Shown: piece by piece, positions 48,209 to 58,621 of the stretch
How the letters are laid out: each line of letters begins with the position of its first letter
Position numbering within the stretch: position 1 is the first letter of the stretch
DNA from: an uncultured bacterium
GTDB taxonomy: Bacteria > Oederibacteriota > JAAXVQ01 > JAUVAV01
Assembly: GCA_963710755.1 (NCBI GenBank)
Contig: CAVQBK010000007.1
Coordinates: 32,001 to 96,000, forward strand
DNA: 64,000 nt
Direction of reading: 5' to 3'
Program-made: the position numbers and the translations under genes
Notes under the pieces: generated by a model
What the model was told of the DNA's origin: nothing
What the model saw: only the letters and a program-made list of their open reading frames with translations
Database searches by the model: none

Positions 48209-49588
48209 ATGCCCGAGGAGATGGTATTTAATATCGAGTTGCAGCTTCAGACCCTAACCGATCTGTTGGAGAAAAATGACGGCAAGGCCATTCATCGTCT
48301 CCTGGCGGCCATGGATCCTACCGATGCCGCCGGTCTGGCCGGCCTTTTAAAGGACCACGATCAGCTAAAACTATTTGAACTGCTTAAAAGTGATCAGGCT
48401 GCTGAGATTGTGGAGGTCATGCTGTCCCACGATCAAACCTCCTTGGTGGCCGGTCTGCGTCCTGAAATTGCCTCCGACATAATTGAAAAGATGGACTCCG
48501 ACGATGCGGCCGACGTGCTGGGGGATTTGCCGGCCGACAAGCGGGATGCCATTTATGCGGAGATGAAACCCGCTCATGCTGACAAGACCAGGACCCTGGT
48601 GGCTTACGCTCAGGATACGGCCGGCGGGATGATGGCCACGGAGTTTATCGCCCTTAAGGAAACGCTGACCGTGCAAAGGGCATTGCAAGTTTTACGGGCT
48701 GAATATAAACGCCTGGGCGATGAGCGGGCTACCTATGTTTATACGGTAGACCAGCAAGGCGTGCTGACCGGCGTGCTGCAATTGCGTCATCTGGTGACCC
48801 ATCCCTCCACCGAGCGAATCAATCAAATTAAGGTTCCGGAGGTTAAATTTGTAACCACCAATGTGAGTAAATACGAAGTGGCCAAACTATTCCGGCGCTA
48901 TAAATATTTGGCCCTGCCGGTCGTGGACGGCTTCATGAAATTGGTGGGGGTCATCACCGCCGATGACGTGGTGGATTTGATTACCGAATTGTCCACTGAA
49001 GAAATGCTCAAAATTCAAGGAGTAAGCACAGAGGAATCGCGTACACAACCGGTCATCAAAATGGCCAGACGCCGTGTGTCCTGGCTTTCCATTAACATTT
49101 TTCTTAATGTGCTGGCGGCGTCAGTCATTGCTTTTTATTCGGACACACTCAAGGCGGTGATTGCCTTGGCCGCTTTTCTCCCCATCATTTCTGATATGAG
49201 CGGTGTGTCGGGCATGCAGGCCGTGGCGGTTTCTATACGTGATCTGGCCCTGGATCGAACCAATCCAAAGGAGTTGTGGAAGGTACTGTGGAAGGAAAGC
49301 CGAATCGGCCTGCTCAATGGATTTATCCTGGGCATTGAGGTGGGGGTTATTGCTTATTTGTGGAAAGGCATGCCTTATCTGGGGTTGATTGTAGCGGTGA
49401 GTCTCTGGTTTAATACCATCTTGGCCGTTTGTTTGGGCAGCAGTTTACCCCTTCTTCTGAAGCGGTTTAATATGGATCCGGCCATTGCCTCCGGTCCGAT
49501 TTTAACCACGGTCACCGATTTGATGGGCTTTTTCATTGTCTTAACGACCGCCACGCACATGTTGCCTCTGTTGACCACCTCGCCTTAG
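48209..49588 (+). CDS. mgtE: Magnesium transporter MgtE
   Basis: DDAAD, TAGGMM, CBS pair, DPAIASGP...TDLMG. Confidence 0.93.
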   Translation: MPEEMVFNIELQLQTLTDLLEKNDGKAIHRLLAAMDPTDAAGLAGLLKDHDQLKLFELLKSDQAAEIVEVMLSHDQTSLVAGLRPEIASDIIEKMDSDDAADVLGDLPADKRDAIYAEMKPAHADKTRTLVAYAQDTAGGMMATEFIALKETLTVQRALQVLRAEYKRLGDERATYVYTVDQQGVLTGVLQLRHLVTHPSTERINQIKVPEVKFVTTNVSKYEVAKLFRRYKYLALPVVDGFMKLVGVITADDVVDLITELSTEEMLKIQGVSTEESRTQPVIKMARRRVSWLSINIFLNVLAASVIAFYSDTLKAVIALAAFLPIISDMSGVSGMQAVAVSIRDLALDRTNPKELWKVLWKESRIGLLNGFILGIEVGVIAYLWKGMPYLGLIVAVSLWFNTILAVCLGSSLPLLLKRFNMDPAIASGPILTTVTDLMGFFIVLTTATHMLPLLTTSP

Positions 49589-49706
49589 GATGAGGGGGTG
49601 CAATGCTTAGCTGCGGTGAAAAACCGCTAAGAACCCTCCCGTTACTGAAAGGGAGACGATTGGATTTTATTAACCGGCGTATTGGAGAACTGTTCCAGGA
49701 GCGAAT

Positions 49707-50606
49707 ATGTCCCGCGATGAACGGCAAAAAAAAATAAACACCGTTACTCTTGTCGGTTCCGGTATAAATATTGGGCTGGCCATACTCAAGGGTATTTTTG
49801 GCTTCCTGATCGGTTCCGTCGGGTTGGTGGCCGATGCTTTCCACTCCCTCAGCGACTTGGCCACAGATATTGTGGTATTGATAGGCACCAAACTTGGAGC
49901 CCGGCCGGCGGATAAAAATCATCCTTTTGGCCACGGAAAATTGGAAACGTTTAGTACCATGATCGTAGCTTTGGTGCTGATAGCCGTGGGTGTGGTCCTG
50001 GTGCTGGAAGGATACAAACGTTTAAGTATTCCCCATGAAGCCCAAAGCGGCCAATGGTTTATTTTGGCAGTTGCCGGGTTTTCGGTATTGATGAAAGAAT
50101 GGCTTTATCAGCGGACCATGACCATTTCCCGGATTACCCACAGCACGGCTCTGGTGGCCAATGCCTGGCATCACCGCAGCGATGCGCTGTCCTCAGTGGC
50201 CGTCATGCTGGGCGCGGTGGCCATGGCTCTGGGGTGGCCTTACGGAGACCAAAGTGCCGGTATCATTGTGGGACTCATGGTGAGTTATGCGGGCCTTAAA
50301 ATATTATACAATGTGGTCAATGAATTGGGGGAATCGGCGGTGGACGATAAAACCCGCCAACGTATTGAGGATATCCTGGCCGAACAAAAAGAAGTGCATT
50401 CCTACCATCGTCTGCGTACCCGCCGCAGCGGGCATGTGGTCATGATGGATATTCACATCCTGGTCGATCCCCGCCTTTCCCTGATTGAAAGCCATAATAT
50501 TTCCAAACGGCTCGAACAAGCCATGAATCAGCGCCTCGATTTTCCCGTCAATATCACGGTGCATGTGGAACCGGATATTCCTTCCGAAAAAAACAAACCT
50601 AATTAG
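49707..50606 (+). CDS. Cation diffusion facilitator (FieF-like)
   Basis: ADAFHSLSD, HPFGHGKLE, HHRSD, VHVEP. Confidence 0.92.
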   Translation: MSRDERQKKINTVTLVGSGINIGLAILKGIFGFLIGSVGLVADAFHSLSDLATDIVVLIGTKLGARPADKNHPFGHGKLETFSTMIVALVLIAVGVVLVLEGYKRLSIPHEAQSGQWFILAVAGFSVLMKEWLYQRTMTISRITHSTALVANAWHHRSDALSSVAVMLGAVAMALGWPYGDQSAGIIVGLMVSYAGLKILYNVVNELGESAVDDKTRQRIEDILAEQKEVHSYHRLRTRRSGHVVMMDIHILVDPRLSLIESHNISKRLEQAMNQRLDFPVNITVHVEPDIPSEKNKPN

Positions 50607-50669
50607 GTCTAGTTACATAAATACAGTAAAAGGGACTGTAACAATATAAGCCGCAGATGGGGTGTCGGC

Positions 50670-50771
50670 ATGCAACTATTCACATCACGGTATAAATTGT
50701 ATTTTCCATTGGAGGATGAGCTTGTTAAAGAATTAAAGCGTGAACGTTTTTTGCTGCAATCGACCTTATAA
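50670..50771 (+). pseudogene. Remnant of a YhcG/DUF1016 nuclease C-terminus
   Basis: Translates as MQLFTSRYKLYFPLEDELVKELKRERFLL, resembling the DUF1016 tail (QLFASKY.LYLP.EEEL..ELERE). The upstream coding sequence is missing. Confidence 0.5.
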
Positions 50772-50884
50772 ACCAACACCAGCTCCGGTCGACATTTCGG
50801 AGCGCCCTTCGCAGGTACCCGAAAACCAAGGCGTTGATAGTTTCATGCCTGGCAGGTCTTTTTTACTCTGGAGATTCGGTGATT

Positions 50885-51442
50885 CTATTTTTTATCCCGA
50901 CTGACATACCAGATCCGTTTTTGATTATTGCTGAAATCAGTATTAACCTTGATGTTTTTAACACCTGTCAAATCCAATAGGCCGACTAAATAAGCTGATA
51001 CCATAGGCAAGAATGACTTAGGGATATGGGGATAATCCAATAAAATAAATTCAGCAGAAAATTTATCCCGATGCTCAATGCACTGGACATGACCAACGGA
51101 ATGGATGGTGCTCCACACTTTGGCTGCCTGACTGATCACGAATTCAGGGGTGGCAAAACGCAAAATGACTTTATACACCCCATTCATTTGATCTTGTGCC
51201 ATATCATAATTATATTGCCATAGGGCCTTTTCAAGTGACAATTTTGGGTATAACAAAGGTGCAGCGGAATGCACCAGTTTGATGGCAAAGTCGATAGGGA
51301 TTTTTGAAATATGAATAACACGATTAAACCGTTTTTGTTCATCCGGCGACAATTGTTTTAAAAAGGTGGCCAAAATATCGGGTCCTTTGGCCTTTAATTG
51401 ACTGCGCAAATAAACAACACCGGTGCCTTTAACCTCACCCAT
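50885..51442 (-). CDS. DUF2378/TIGR02265-like protein (V4R/HNOB-like fold)
   Basis: N-terminal VKGT, GVYKVILRFATPEFVI...W..IHSVG; AGGAGG RBS at ATG 51442. Confidence 0.6.
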   Translation of the reverse strand: MGEVKGTGVVYLRSQLKAKGPDILATFLKQLSPDEQKRFNRVIHISKIPIDFAIKLVHSAAPLLYPKLSLEKALWQYNYDMAQDQMNGVYKVILRFATPEFVISQAAKVWSTIHSVGHVQCIEHRDKFSAEFILLDYPHIPKSFLPMVSAYLVGLLDLTGVKNIKVNTDFSNNQKRIWYVSRDKK

Positions 51443-51596
51443 GATTGGCCTCCTGACGGTCTGCTCACGGCATGGGTATAGTTTCGGATTGATTTTGATG
51501 GATTGAAGGCGGTGGCAAATGAAAAAAACGCCCATAATGCTTGCGGATGAGAGCAATCCCCGGGAGTTAACCAACGAAGGTAGGAAGCTATGATCA

Positions 51597-52661
51597 TCAA
51601 TGACGGATGGTTAGCTTCAGACCCTTTTTAACGTTCACATCAAGCTGGCCGGATTTTTCGGTGACCAAGCCTTTTAACTGAAAACGCGCCTTTACATTGA
51701 GGGTATTACCCTCCACAGTGCTACTGGTGGTGCCGGTTAATGCTAATTTGGGAAAGCCGAAACCATGATATTGAGCCTGCAGGACCAGGGCTTCCTGTTG
51801 GTCGGCGTGGGTTATCTTTATCGGTTCTTGCGCAGCCCCCAGGTCGAGGCGGACAAAAGCGATGGCGCCCGGATCGGGGATTTTTTTCTTGATCACTTTA
51901 AAGTAGGGTGTGGCCAGAAGGAAAAAAACAGTTAACAGCAACAGCGAAAGTCCCAGTATGAAAAAAGCCATCATTCGTTTAAATGGCGAGACAACAGGAC
52001 CAGGCTTGCCCGGTGAGGTGTTGGGGAGCAGGCGGTCCAGGACCAGGGCCGGCAGATAAGTTAAGCCGCCGGCCCATAGCACATCGGAAGCAAAATGGGC
52101 GCCTTGCGCCATGCGGGCGATGCCCATCAACGTGCCAAAACCAAAGCCGGTCACCAACCAGAAGGTTTTTCTTTTTTTGTCCGTTAAGGCCAGGGCCACC
52201 AGCAGGAATCCTACGGAAGCGTGACCACAGGGGAAGCTCTTTCCCCGGCCGGGCAGACCGGGCTGATAGATACGGTGAAAAGTCTGCTGACCTCCGAATT
52301 GCGTCACATCACGGGGCCGGGGCCGGCCCCAATAGCCTTTGCCCAGGACATTGATCAACAAGCCAGGACCCACCAGCAGGGTTAGAAGGATCAAGGCTGC
52401 TGCCCGGCGCCGGGGAATGAAGCGCGGCCAAATCCAGGAACCAAGGAATACCACCAGGCCGCCTATGCCCAGCAGCAAGCCGGGAAGAGTGCCGTAGTGA
52501 TACAACCAGGACCAGGGTGGCTGGTCGCCGTAGGGCCAACCGTTGTGGTAAAACCAGGACGCCATGGTGAGATCGAGGTTGGTGATCGCAAAAGGTACGG
52601 TAAACACCAGCAACAGGAGTGAAGGTAACCAAAGCGATTTTAAGATGGATTTAAGCTGCAT
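51597..52661 (-). CDS. PAP2 phosphatase (lipid A phosphatase-like) with C-terminal soluble domain
   Basis: K-x3-GRPRP, SFPCGH, RMAQGAHFASD. Confidence 0.88.
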   Translation of the reverse strand: MQLKSILKSLWLPSLLLLVFTVPFAITNLDLTMASWFYHNGWPYGDQPPWSWLYHYGTLPGLLLGIGGLVVFLGSWIWPRFIPRRRAAALILLTLLVGPGLLINVLGKGYWGRPRPRDVTQFGGQQTFHRIYQPGLPGRGKSFPCGHASVGFLLVALALTDKKRKTFWLVTGFGFGTLMGIARMAQGAHFASDVLWAGGLTYLPALVLDRLLPNTSPGKPGPVVSPFKRMMAFFILGLSLLLLTVFFLLATPYFKVIKKKIPDPGAIAFVRLDLGAAQEPIKITHADQQEALVLQAQYHGFGFPKLALTGTTSSTVEGNTLNVKARFQLKGLVTEKSGQLDVNVKKGLKLTIRH

Positions 52662-52769
52662 ATAGCCTGCCTGGGAAAGGAATTGAGCAAGATCATAATC
52701 GAGTTTGACTGTGGGATCAATTAAAAAGTCCCGGCATTAAGATCTCGGACGCAATCGGTTGCGTCCTTC

Positions 52770-54887
52770 TTAAAAATGAAACCGGCCTTTAAGAAACACC
52801 TGGTCATTATTTTTCAACAGGAAAGCGTCGGCTTCTTCCGGGGCCATGATGTAAAACCATCCCAGTTCAAAATCGAGACTGCCCGATTGGTGCCAGATAA
52901 ATTCCGGCCGCAGTACCAGGGCATTGTCTTCCAAGTTGTAGGCGGCGTTCATCTTCATGGTATAACTGTCGCGCAGAATGTCCCAGGAAATACTGCCGGC
53001 CACATCCTGCTGTGCATCTTTTGCCGCCACCAGCGGTTGGTCGTTGTCCAGAATGATAGCGTGGGAAAATAAAAGATTAATATAAAAATTTTCCCATACG
53101 TGATAATCAGCACCAACCACATACTGAACTTCGTTTTTAGACACCACCGCTAAGTCTGCCTGTTGCTGGAAATGACGGTTCTCAAAATAGGCTACTTCTG
53201 CCCTTAGCCCCACGCTACCAACTGCGGCTTCCATGTCCAGGCCGTACAATTTAAACCGATGGTAAGTGAGGTCATAGGTGAGGTCACTGCCATTGAGGGT
53301 GTCGAAAAAAGCAGGCGTCACGGTGGCGAGTAAAAGCGGTAATTGCCTGGGATCGAGCAATACCGGCAACACAGCGGCACCGTTGGGCGTGCGTGGTTGA
53401 AGCAAGGGGATTTTATCATACCCATAGTAATAACACAGGCCAACATCGAAACCGGGGAAACTTTTAGTGAGGCGCAGTCCGCTGTCACCTTTATCCCAAA
53501 AACTGCCGGCCGGTTCCTGCTGCATGAAAGACAATCTTTCTAATGGGGCACCGTGCGGTGCCAACTGTCCGATCAGATGGTCAACGGCATGATCGGTCAG
53601 GGCCCAGTCGGAATCGCGGTAAATAATGAGCGAGGGTATGAACCAGGGCGCATAAATGCCTTCCAGATTGAAAAAATCATTGAACCAGGTAACGCGCACC
53701 AGGGGAATAGGTATTTTGCGTTCCGGCCGGTCATTGAGCAGATACTCCGTCAAATCTTCGGGGTTGATGACATCGAGCGGAGATATTTCATCGGTCCGTC
53801 CCCAACGCACCGTCTGATAACCCACCCCTACCCGCAGGAAATCACCGACCAGGTTAAGGTAGCTCTCGGCCGGGCGCATATCGGAGAGCGTATACAGGCC
53901 GGGATCGTATTCCTCAATGTAGCGAAAGCGCACCCCCGCCTTGATGAAATTTTGCATGCCCCAGCCGTATTTTGCCCCCACCACCATCAGGGTGCGAATG
54001 TCGCGGGAAGACTCGAAAGCATTGTCTTTGCTGACATCACGGGCATATTTAATGGTCAGATCGGTTTTGAATTGTAAATGATCCACCAAATGATTCAGCG
54101 TCTGTGCAAATACCACCCCCGGTTTGGGGGCCACCACGATGGTGTTGTCTTCGGTGAAAACTTTGTAGGATGACGCCTGGGCCTCGCTGAAATTGACGAT
54201 AACCTTGACCTTGCTTCTGGTCCGTTGCAGCTGAACGCTGTCCAGGACATCATCCTGAATGCTGAGGTTGGGTTTGACCTGCCGTGAGAGCCTGATATTG
54301 GGAAGTTCAATCACCATGCGGTTGCGATCAGGGGCATAAAAAAGTTTGAGGTTTCGGACTGGAGCCAGGCACTGAATAGTCAGCAAAGCGGACAGGGTAT
54401 TGGTGACGGTCAAACCGGTGATTAGATTGCGCTGCACTGACGGGGTGGTGGGCTGCCAGGAAATGATCAGTCGCGAGCCCCGGGGGCGGGCTGAAAAGTG
54501 AATTGTCTGGCCGGTATGAACCGTCAAATCCAGTACGGTGGTGTTGCCGCGGGAGACAAGCGTCAGCTGTTGCAGAACCTTGTCCTTGAAGTAATGGGGC
54601 AGTGTGATTTTAGAGGAATGCCCTATTTTATCAAGGATGAGACGAAAGTGACGGCCCCCTTGCTCCTGCCGGGCATGCAACAAGTTGACAGGCCGACGGG
54701 TGTAGATTACCAGATAGTTTTGCCCGGGGGTGAACTGAATACGGCGGATGAGATTGCGTGGTTGTGCACCCGCAGCCGGAGCGGGCATTATCAGATGAAA
54801 CAGGATCGCCATCAGCAGCATTGATCCGGCCAAGCGGCTGACAAAGGTGTGCTGGTGTAAAATGACGTTGGCGGTCAGGTTGCGCAA
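52770..54887 (-). CDS. DUF1302-like outer-membrane barrel with N-terminal AMIN-like domains
   Basis: N-terminal PDRNRMVIEL...VKVIVNF pattern; barrel motifs GYQTVRWGRTD, DVINP; C-terminal Phe. Start uncertain. Confidence 0.7.
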   Translation of the reverse strand: MRNLTANVILHQHTFVSRLAGSMLLMAILFHLIMPAPAAGAQPRNLIRRIQFTPGQNYLVIYTRRPVNLLHARQEQGGRHFRLILDKIGHSSKITLPHYFKDKVLQQLTLVSRGNTTVLDLTVHTGQTIHFSARPRGSRLIISWQPTTPSVQRNLITGLTVTNTLSALLTIQCLAPVRNLKLFYAPDRNRMVIELPNIRLSRQVKPNLSIQDDVLDSVQLQRTRSKVKVIVNFSEAQASSYKVFTEDNTIVVAPKPGVVFAQTLNHLVDHLQFKTDLTIKYARDVSKDNAFESSRDIRTLMVVGAKYGWGMQNFIKAGVRFRYIEEYDPGLYTLSDMRPAESYLNLVGDFLRVGVGYQTVRWGRTDEISPLDVINPEDLTEYLLNDRPERKIPIPLVRVTWFNDFFNLEGIYAPWFIPSLIIYRDSDWALTDHAVDHLIGQLAPHGAPLERLSFMQQEPAGSFWDKGDSGLRLTKSFPGFDVGLCYYYGYDKIPLLQPRTPNGAAVLPVLLDPRQLPLLLATVTPAFFDTLNGSDLTYDLTYHRFKLYGLDMEAAVGSVGLRAEVAYFENRHFQQQADLAVVSKNEVQYVVGADYHVWENFYINLLFSHAIILDNDQPLVAAKDAQQDVAGSISWDILRDSYTMKMNAAYNLEDNALVLRPEFIWHQSGSLDFELGWFYIMAPEEADAFLLKNNDQVFLKGRFHF

Positions 54888-54899
54888 GGCCTGCTCCGC

Positions 54900-55691
54900 T
54901 TAATAGCTTTCCAGGGCGGTTTTGGTGAAATAAGCATTGGCTAGCGGCTTGTTGTAACTCACTTTGCTCAAGCTGACCACGGTTTGATGGTGCCGCTTGA
55001 GATCATGGAAGGTCATTTTCATAACGGTCCAGATGCCATTGATCTTTTCAATCCGGTTGGCTTCGAAAGTTTTAACCAGTTTGCCGTGCTTGTCATAAAA
55101 TTCGCCTTTAAGGGCCAAATAATCCAAGTCCTTGGCAAGCCAGCTTTTTCGGTAGCGGTACTGGGAATCCTGGGGTTTTTTGGGCGTGCTTTTAAGGATG
55201 TAGACCACCGGGTGGCCTTTGAAGGAGACCGTGCTGAGGAGCTCATGACGGTCGAGGTTGACCTCGCGACGTTCCATGTCTTCGTAGGTAATGTCGGAAT
55301 TGACAAATTGTCCGTCTTTTTGAGTAGTCACAATACGGCGTACCCGTTTTAAAGCCGGCAGGTATATGAATTGATCGTCCGTGCCCTCATTGTCCCAGGA
55401 TAAAAAACTGGTACCGGCAATGTCGGCCGGTGCACTGAACCGGATCAGGGTTTTGATCCGCTGGCCATAATCCTTGCTGTAGGAGGTGTAGGTTCTGGTT
55501 TTTTCTTTGCCGTGGCGGTCGACCAGCGTCATGGTGCCTTGAGCTTGAAAGGTTTTGCCGTCGTCGCGGTCGTAAGCGTGTTGAGCAATCGCCGCACCCG
55601 TAGGGGCGGCCGAACTTAAACCCGTTCCCGAACAAAGCAGGGACAGGGCCCCGGCAATAACCATCAGCTCTTGTTTTCTGAAATTCATCAT
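54900..55691 (-). CDS. LolA-like outer-membrane lipoprotein-sorting protein
   Basis: PADIAGTSFL, DDQFIYLPALKRVRRI, FVNSDITYED. Confidence 0.85.
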   Translation of the reverse strand: MMNFRKQELMVIAGALSLLCSGTGLSSAAPTGAAIAQHAYDRDDGKTFQAQGTMTLVDRHGKEKTRTYTSYSKDYGQRIKTLIRFSAPADIAGTSFLSWDNEGTDDQFIYLPALKRVRRIVTTQKDGQFVNSDITYEDMERREVNLDRHELLSTVSFKGHPVVYILKSTPKKPQDSQYRYRKSWLAKDLDYLALKGEFYDKHGKLVKTFEANRIEKINGIWTVMKMTFHDLKRHHQTVVSLSKVSYNKPLANAYFTKTALESY

Positions 55692-57985
55692 TGTCCTCCC
55701 TCGATTGCTTTGGCCTCGAGTCTGACCCCGGACCTATTGGGCAGCAGGTTTAAAACCGCGGGCATAAATAAAAGATCTCCCATCAATGCAGTGACCATGA
55801 TGAGGGAGGTTAAAATACCAAATTGCACCACCGGCATCATAGTACCCATTACCGCCACCGCAAAGCCGCAGAAGAGTACCACCGACGTGGTGACCACGGC
55901 CGGGCCTTTGACCATCATGGCCCGCTGAATGGCCTCGGTCGCGGGGATTCCGGCCTTACGTTCAGCTTGATAATGATATAACAAGTGGATGGTATCATCA
56001 ACCACTATGCCGAAGACCGTGGCCGAGATTAAAGCGGTGCCCGTGTTGAGGGGGATCTTAAGAAGGCCCATGATGCCGAAATTCAGCACCACCGGAAAGA
56101 TATTGGGGATCAAACTGATGAAGCCGAGCTTCCATGAAAGAAACACCAAAAACAACAAAATCGAGATGGATACCACAGTCAGAATCAGGGTGATGATTTG
56201 ATTGCTCACCAATTCCTTGGCGATTTGAATGACTTCCGTGCCGGCATCGGTGACATGCACTTGGAGGTCCGGTGGCGGCGGATTTTTTTTCAAATAATCT
56301 TGCATGGAGGCCACCTGCAGCCCAAGATCATGGCTGCCGTGGTAAATGGTGCGCATCAACAGGCGGGCTCGGCTGTAATCGGAGGTAATGTACTCGTCAA
56401 TATCATCGGAATCGTACAAAAGCATATATTGGGCCACCAGGGCCCGGCTTTCGGGGATGCGGTAATAGGCCGGATCTTCGCCGTGAAAAGACTGATTCAT
56501 GTCCTTAATGAAATCGGCAAAAGACAACGTCTTTTTAATGTCAGGACGGGTGCGCATATAGGCCTGGACCCGGTCGAGATAATTTAAATTGACTGGTTCT
56601 TTAAACGCATCCTCCGGACCACTCAGGTCCAGGGACAGGGTGGAGACCGGTACCAGCTGACGGTCAATGAAGTCTGTGGCCGTGCGCACATCGGTGCCGG
56701 GTTTGAACCAGTCCACCAAATTGGTATCAATTGGAATACGCGGGATCAGTGCCAACGACAGGACCATGGCCGCCAGGTGCGCCCAAAACACGGGACGGGC
56801 ATGACGTTGTAAAAAGGCACCGAGCTTGATCATCCAGGACCTGAGCCGGTGATGGAGGTCTTCGCGCGGTGGGAAGGGCCGGCGCAACACCAGACTCATC
56901 ATGGCAGGTGCAAAACTGAAGGTGATGATAAAAATGAAGGCAATGCCTACGGCGGCTACGGCCCCGAATTCCCGGATCGGCGGGATATGACTGATGGTCA
57001 GGGAGGAAAAACCGATGCCTGTGGTCAGCACCGTAAACAGGGAAGGCCGGTAAGTTTCCATGAGCGCCGCGATCATGGCCTCCCGCGGAGGTTGTGAGTG
57101 CTGGTAATGCTTGTAATGAGAAAAAATGTGGATCACGCTGGCCAGGCTGATGGCCATAATAATGGTCGGCGCCAGCCCGGTGAAATTGTTCATGGTGATA
57201 TGGGCCAGACTCATGAACCCAAAGGTGCATACCATGGCCACACCCATGTTCAGGAAGGAGAGAAAGGCAATGCGCAAATTGAGAAAAATGAGCGCTGCAA
57301 TAATGACCATGGCCACAAAGGAAACGGGGATGAAATGCTCCATATCCCGTACAATGGATTCGCCCAGACGGAGGTTGATGAAGCTCGGTCCGGCGATATA
57401 AAAGTGAACTTTGTCCTGCGTCTGATAGGGTGCCAGCAAAGCGTTAACTTTTTTAAAAAGGTCGACTCGAAAATCCTCGTTTTGTTCGTTTATCACCGGT
57501 TCCACCACGATGGCAGCTGTGCGGCCATCCTTGGAAATCAGGAGATTGCGGTACAGCGGATTGGCCAGGGCCACGGCCTTTTTTTCGGACAAGCTGTTGG
57601 GGTGGCTAGGTACTTGCTCCAGAAATTTTTTAACTTCAAAATAATCCCTGCCACCAATAATATCATCCACATTGGTCAGGCTATGCACTTGATCCACAGT
57701 ATCCCAGGAGGACAATTCGTCGGTCAACTGTTGGATCATAGTTAACCAGCGGGGCTGAAAAATGTCCTGTTCCTTGAAAACAATGACGAACATTTCTTCC
57801 ACGCCGAATACTTTTTTAAAGTGTTTATAAAAGGTGATTTCCGCGTTGTTGTCCACCGTGACAAAGTCGATGTTGTTGGCGGTTTTAAGCTGGGGCAGGG
57901 CCAGCAGAAAGGGGAAGCTCAGCAGTAGGACAGCTGCGAGGGTCAGCAGAGGATGATATACAAAAAAGGTGAAAAGCTTCTTCAT
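55688..57985 (-). CDS. MMPL/RND-superfamily exporter
   Basis: Two 1+5 TM halves, TTGIGF, PIREFG, GIVVDDTIH. Confidence 0.9.
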   Translation of the reverse strand: MKKLFTFFVYHPLLTLAAVLLLSFPFLLALPQLKTANNIDFVTVDNNAEITFYKHFKKVFGVEEMFVIVFKEQDIFQPRWLTMIQQLTDELSSWDTVDQVHSLTNVDDIIGGRDYFEVKKFLEQVPSHPNSLSEKKAVALANPLYRNLLISKDGRTAAIVVEPVINEQNEDFRVDLFKKVNALLAPYQTQDKVHFYIAGPSFINLRLGESIVRDMEHFIPVSFVAMVIIAALIFLNLRIAFLSFLNMGVAMVCTFGFMSLAHITMNNFTGLAPTIIMAISLASVIHIFSHYKHYQHSQPPREAMIAALMETYRPSLFTVLTTGIGFSSLTISHIPPIREFGAVAAVGIAFIFIITFSFAPAMMSLVLRRPFPPREDLHHRLRSWMIKLGAFLQRHARPVFWAHLAAMVLSLALIPRIPIDTNLVDWFKPGTDVRTATDFIDRQLVPVSTLSLDLSGPEDAFKEPVNLNYLDRVQAYMRTRPDIKKTLSFADFIKDMNQSFHGEDPAYYRIPESRALVAQYMLLYDSDDIDEYITSDYSRARLLMRTIYHGSHDLGLQVASMQDYLKKNPPPPDLQVHVTDAGTEVIQIAKELVSNQIITLILTVVSISILLFLVFLSWKLGFISLIPNIFPVVLNFGIMGLLKIPLNTGTALISATVFGIVVDDTIHLLYHYQAERKAGIPATEAIQRAMMVKGPAVVTTSVVLFCGFAVAVMGTMMPVVQFGILTSLIMVTALMGDLLFMPAVLNLLPNRSGVRLEAKAIEGGQ

Positions 57986-58147
57986 GGGCTAAGCGGCGCA
58001 TCCTTCACGAAATCGGTAGTGTGATTATAGCCTAATAAGTATCGGCTGAAAACGGGAAAAATTGTTTCTTTTCATTTCGGTTGATCAATCGGGCTGATCA
58101 TGAGACATTAGAAAAGTTGGCCATAAAATGTACAAGGAGGCCTTGCC

Positions 58148-58621
58148 ATGAGCGAATTAAAAGTCGGCGATAAAGCCCCGGAGTTCACGCTTAATGACCA
58201 GGACAACCAAAAGGTGCGCCTCAAGGATTTTAAAGGCAAGTTTGTGGTACTCTATTTTTATCCCAAAGATGACACCCCGGGTTGCACTCAAGAAGCCTGT
58301 GATTTTCGCGACTATACCAAAGATTTTACCCGCCTGGATGTGGTGATTTTCGGGATCTCCAAGGATCCGGAAGCCAGTCATGTTAAATTTATCGAAAAAT
58401 ACGGTCTGCCTTTCAGCCTTCTCTCCGACCATGATACCAAAGTCATGCAGCAATACGGCGTCTGGAGGGAGAAAAACATGATGGGCAAAGTGTCCATGGG
58501 CGTTGTACGCTCCACCTTTATCATCAATCCTCTGGGCCGGATCATAAAAATCTATGACAAAGTCAAAGTGGCCGGTCATGTGGCCAAGGTGTTGCAGGAA
58601 TTGAAGGAGGAACTGCGCTGA
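58148..58621 (+). CDS. bcp: Peroxiredoxin Bcp
   Basis: FYPKDDTPGCTQEAC, RSTF. Confidence 0.95.
   Translation: MSELKVGDKAPEFTLNDQDNQKVRLKDFKGKFVVLYFYPKDDTPGCTQEACDFRDYTKDFTRLDVVIFGISKDPEASHVKFIEKYGLPFSLLSDHDTKVMQQYGVWREKNMMGKVSMGVVRSTFIINPLGRIIKIYDKVKVAGHVAKVLQELKEELR

Noticed and set aside
49589-49706. Metal-sensing riboswitch (NiCo or yybP) before the CDF gene
   Set aside because: Two hairpins are present, but the conserved aptamer nucleotides were not recognised; an Rfam scan would be needed.
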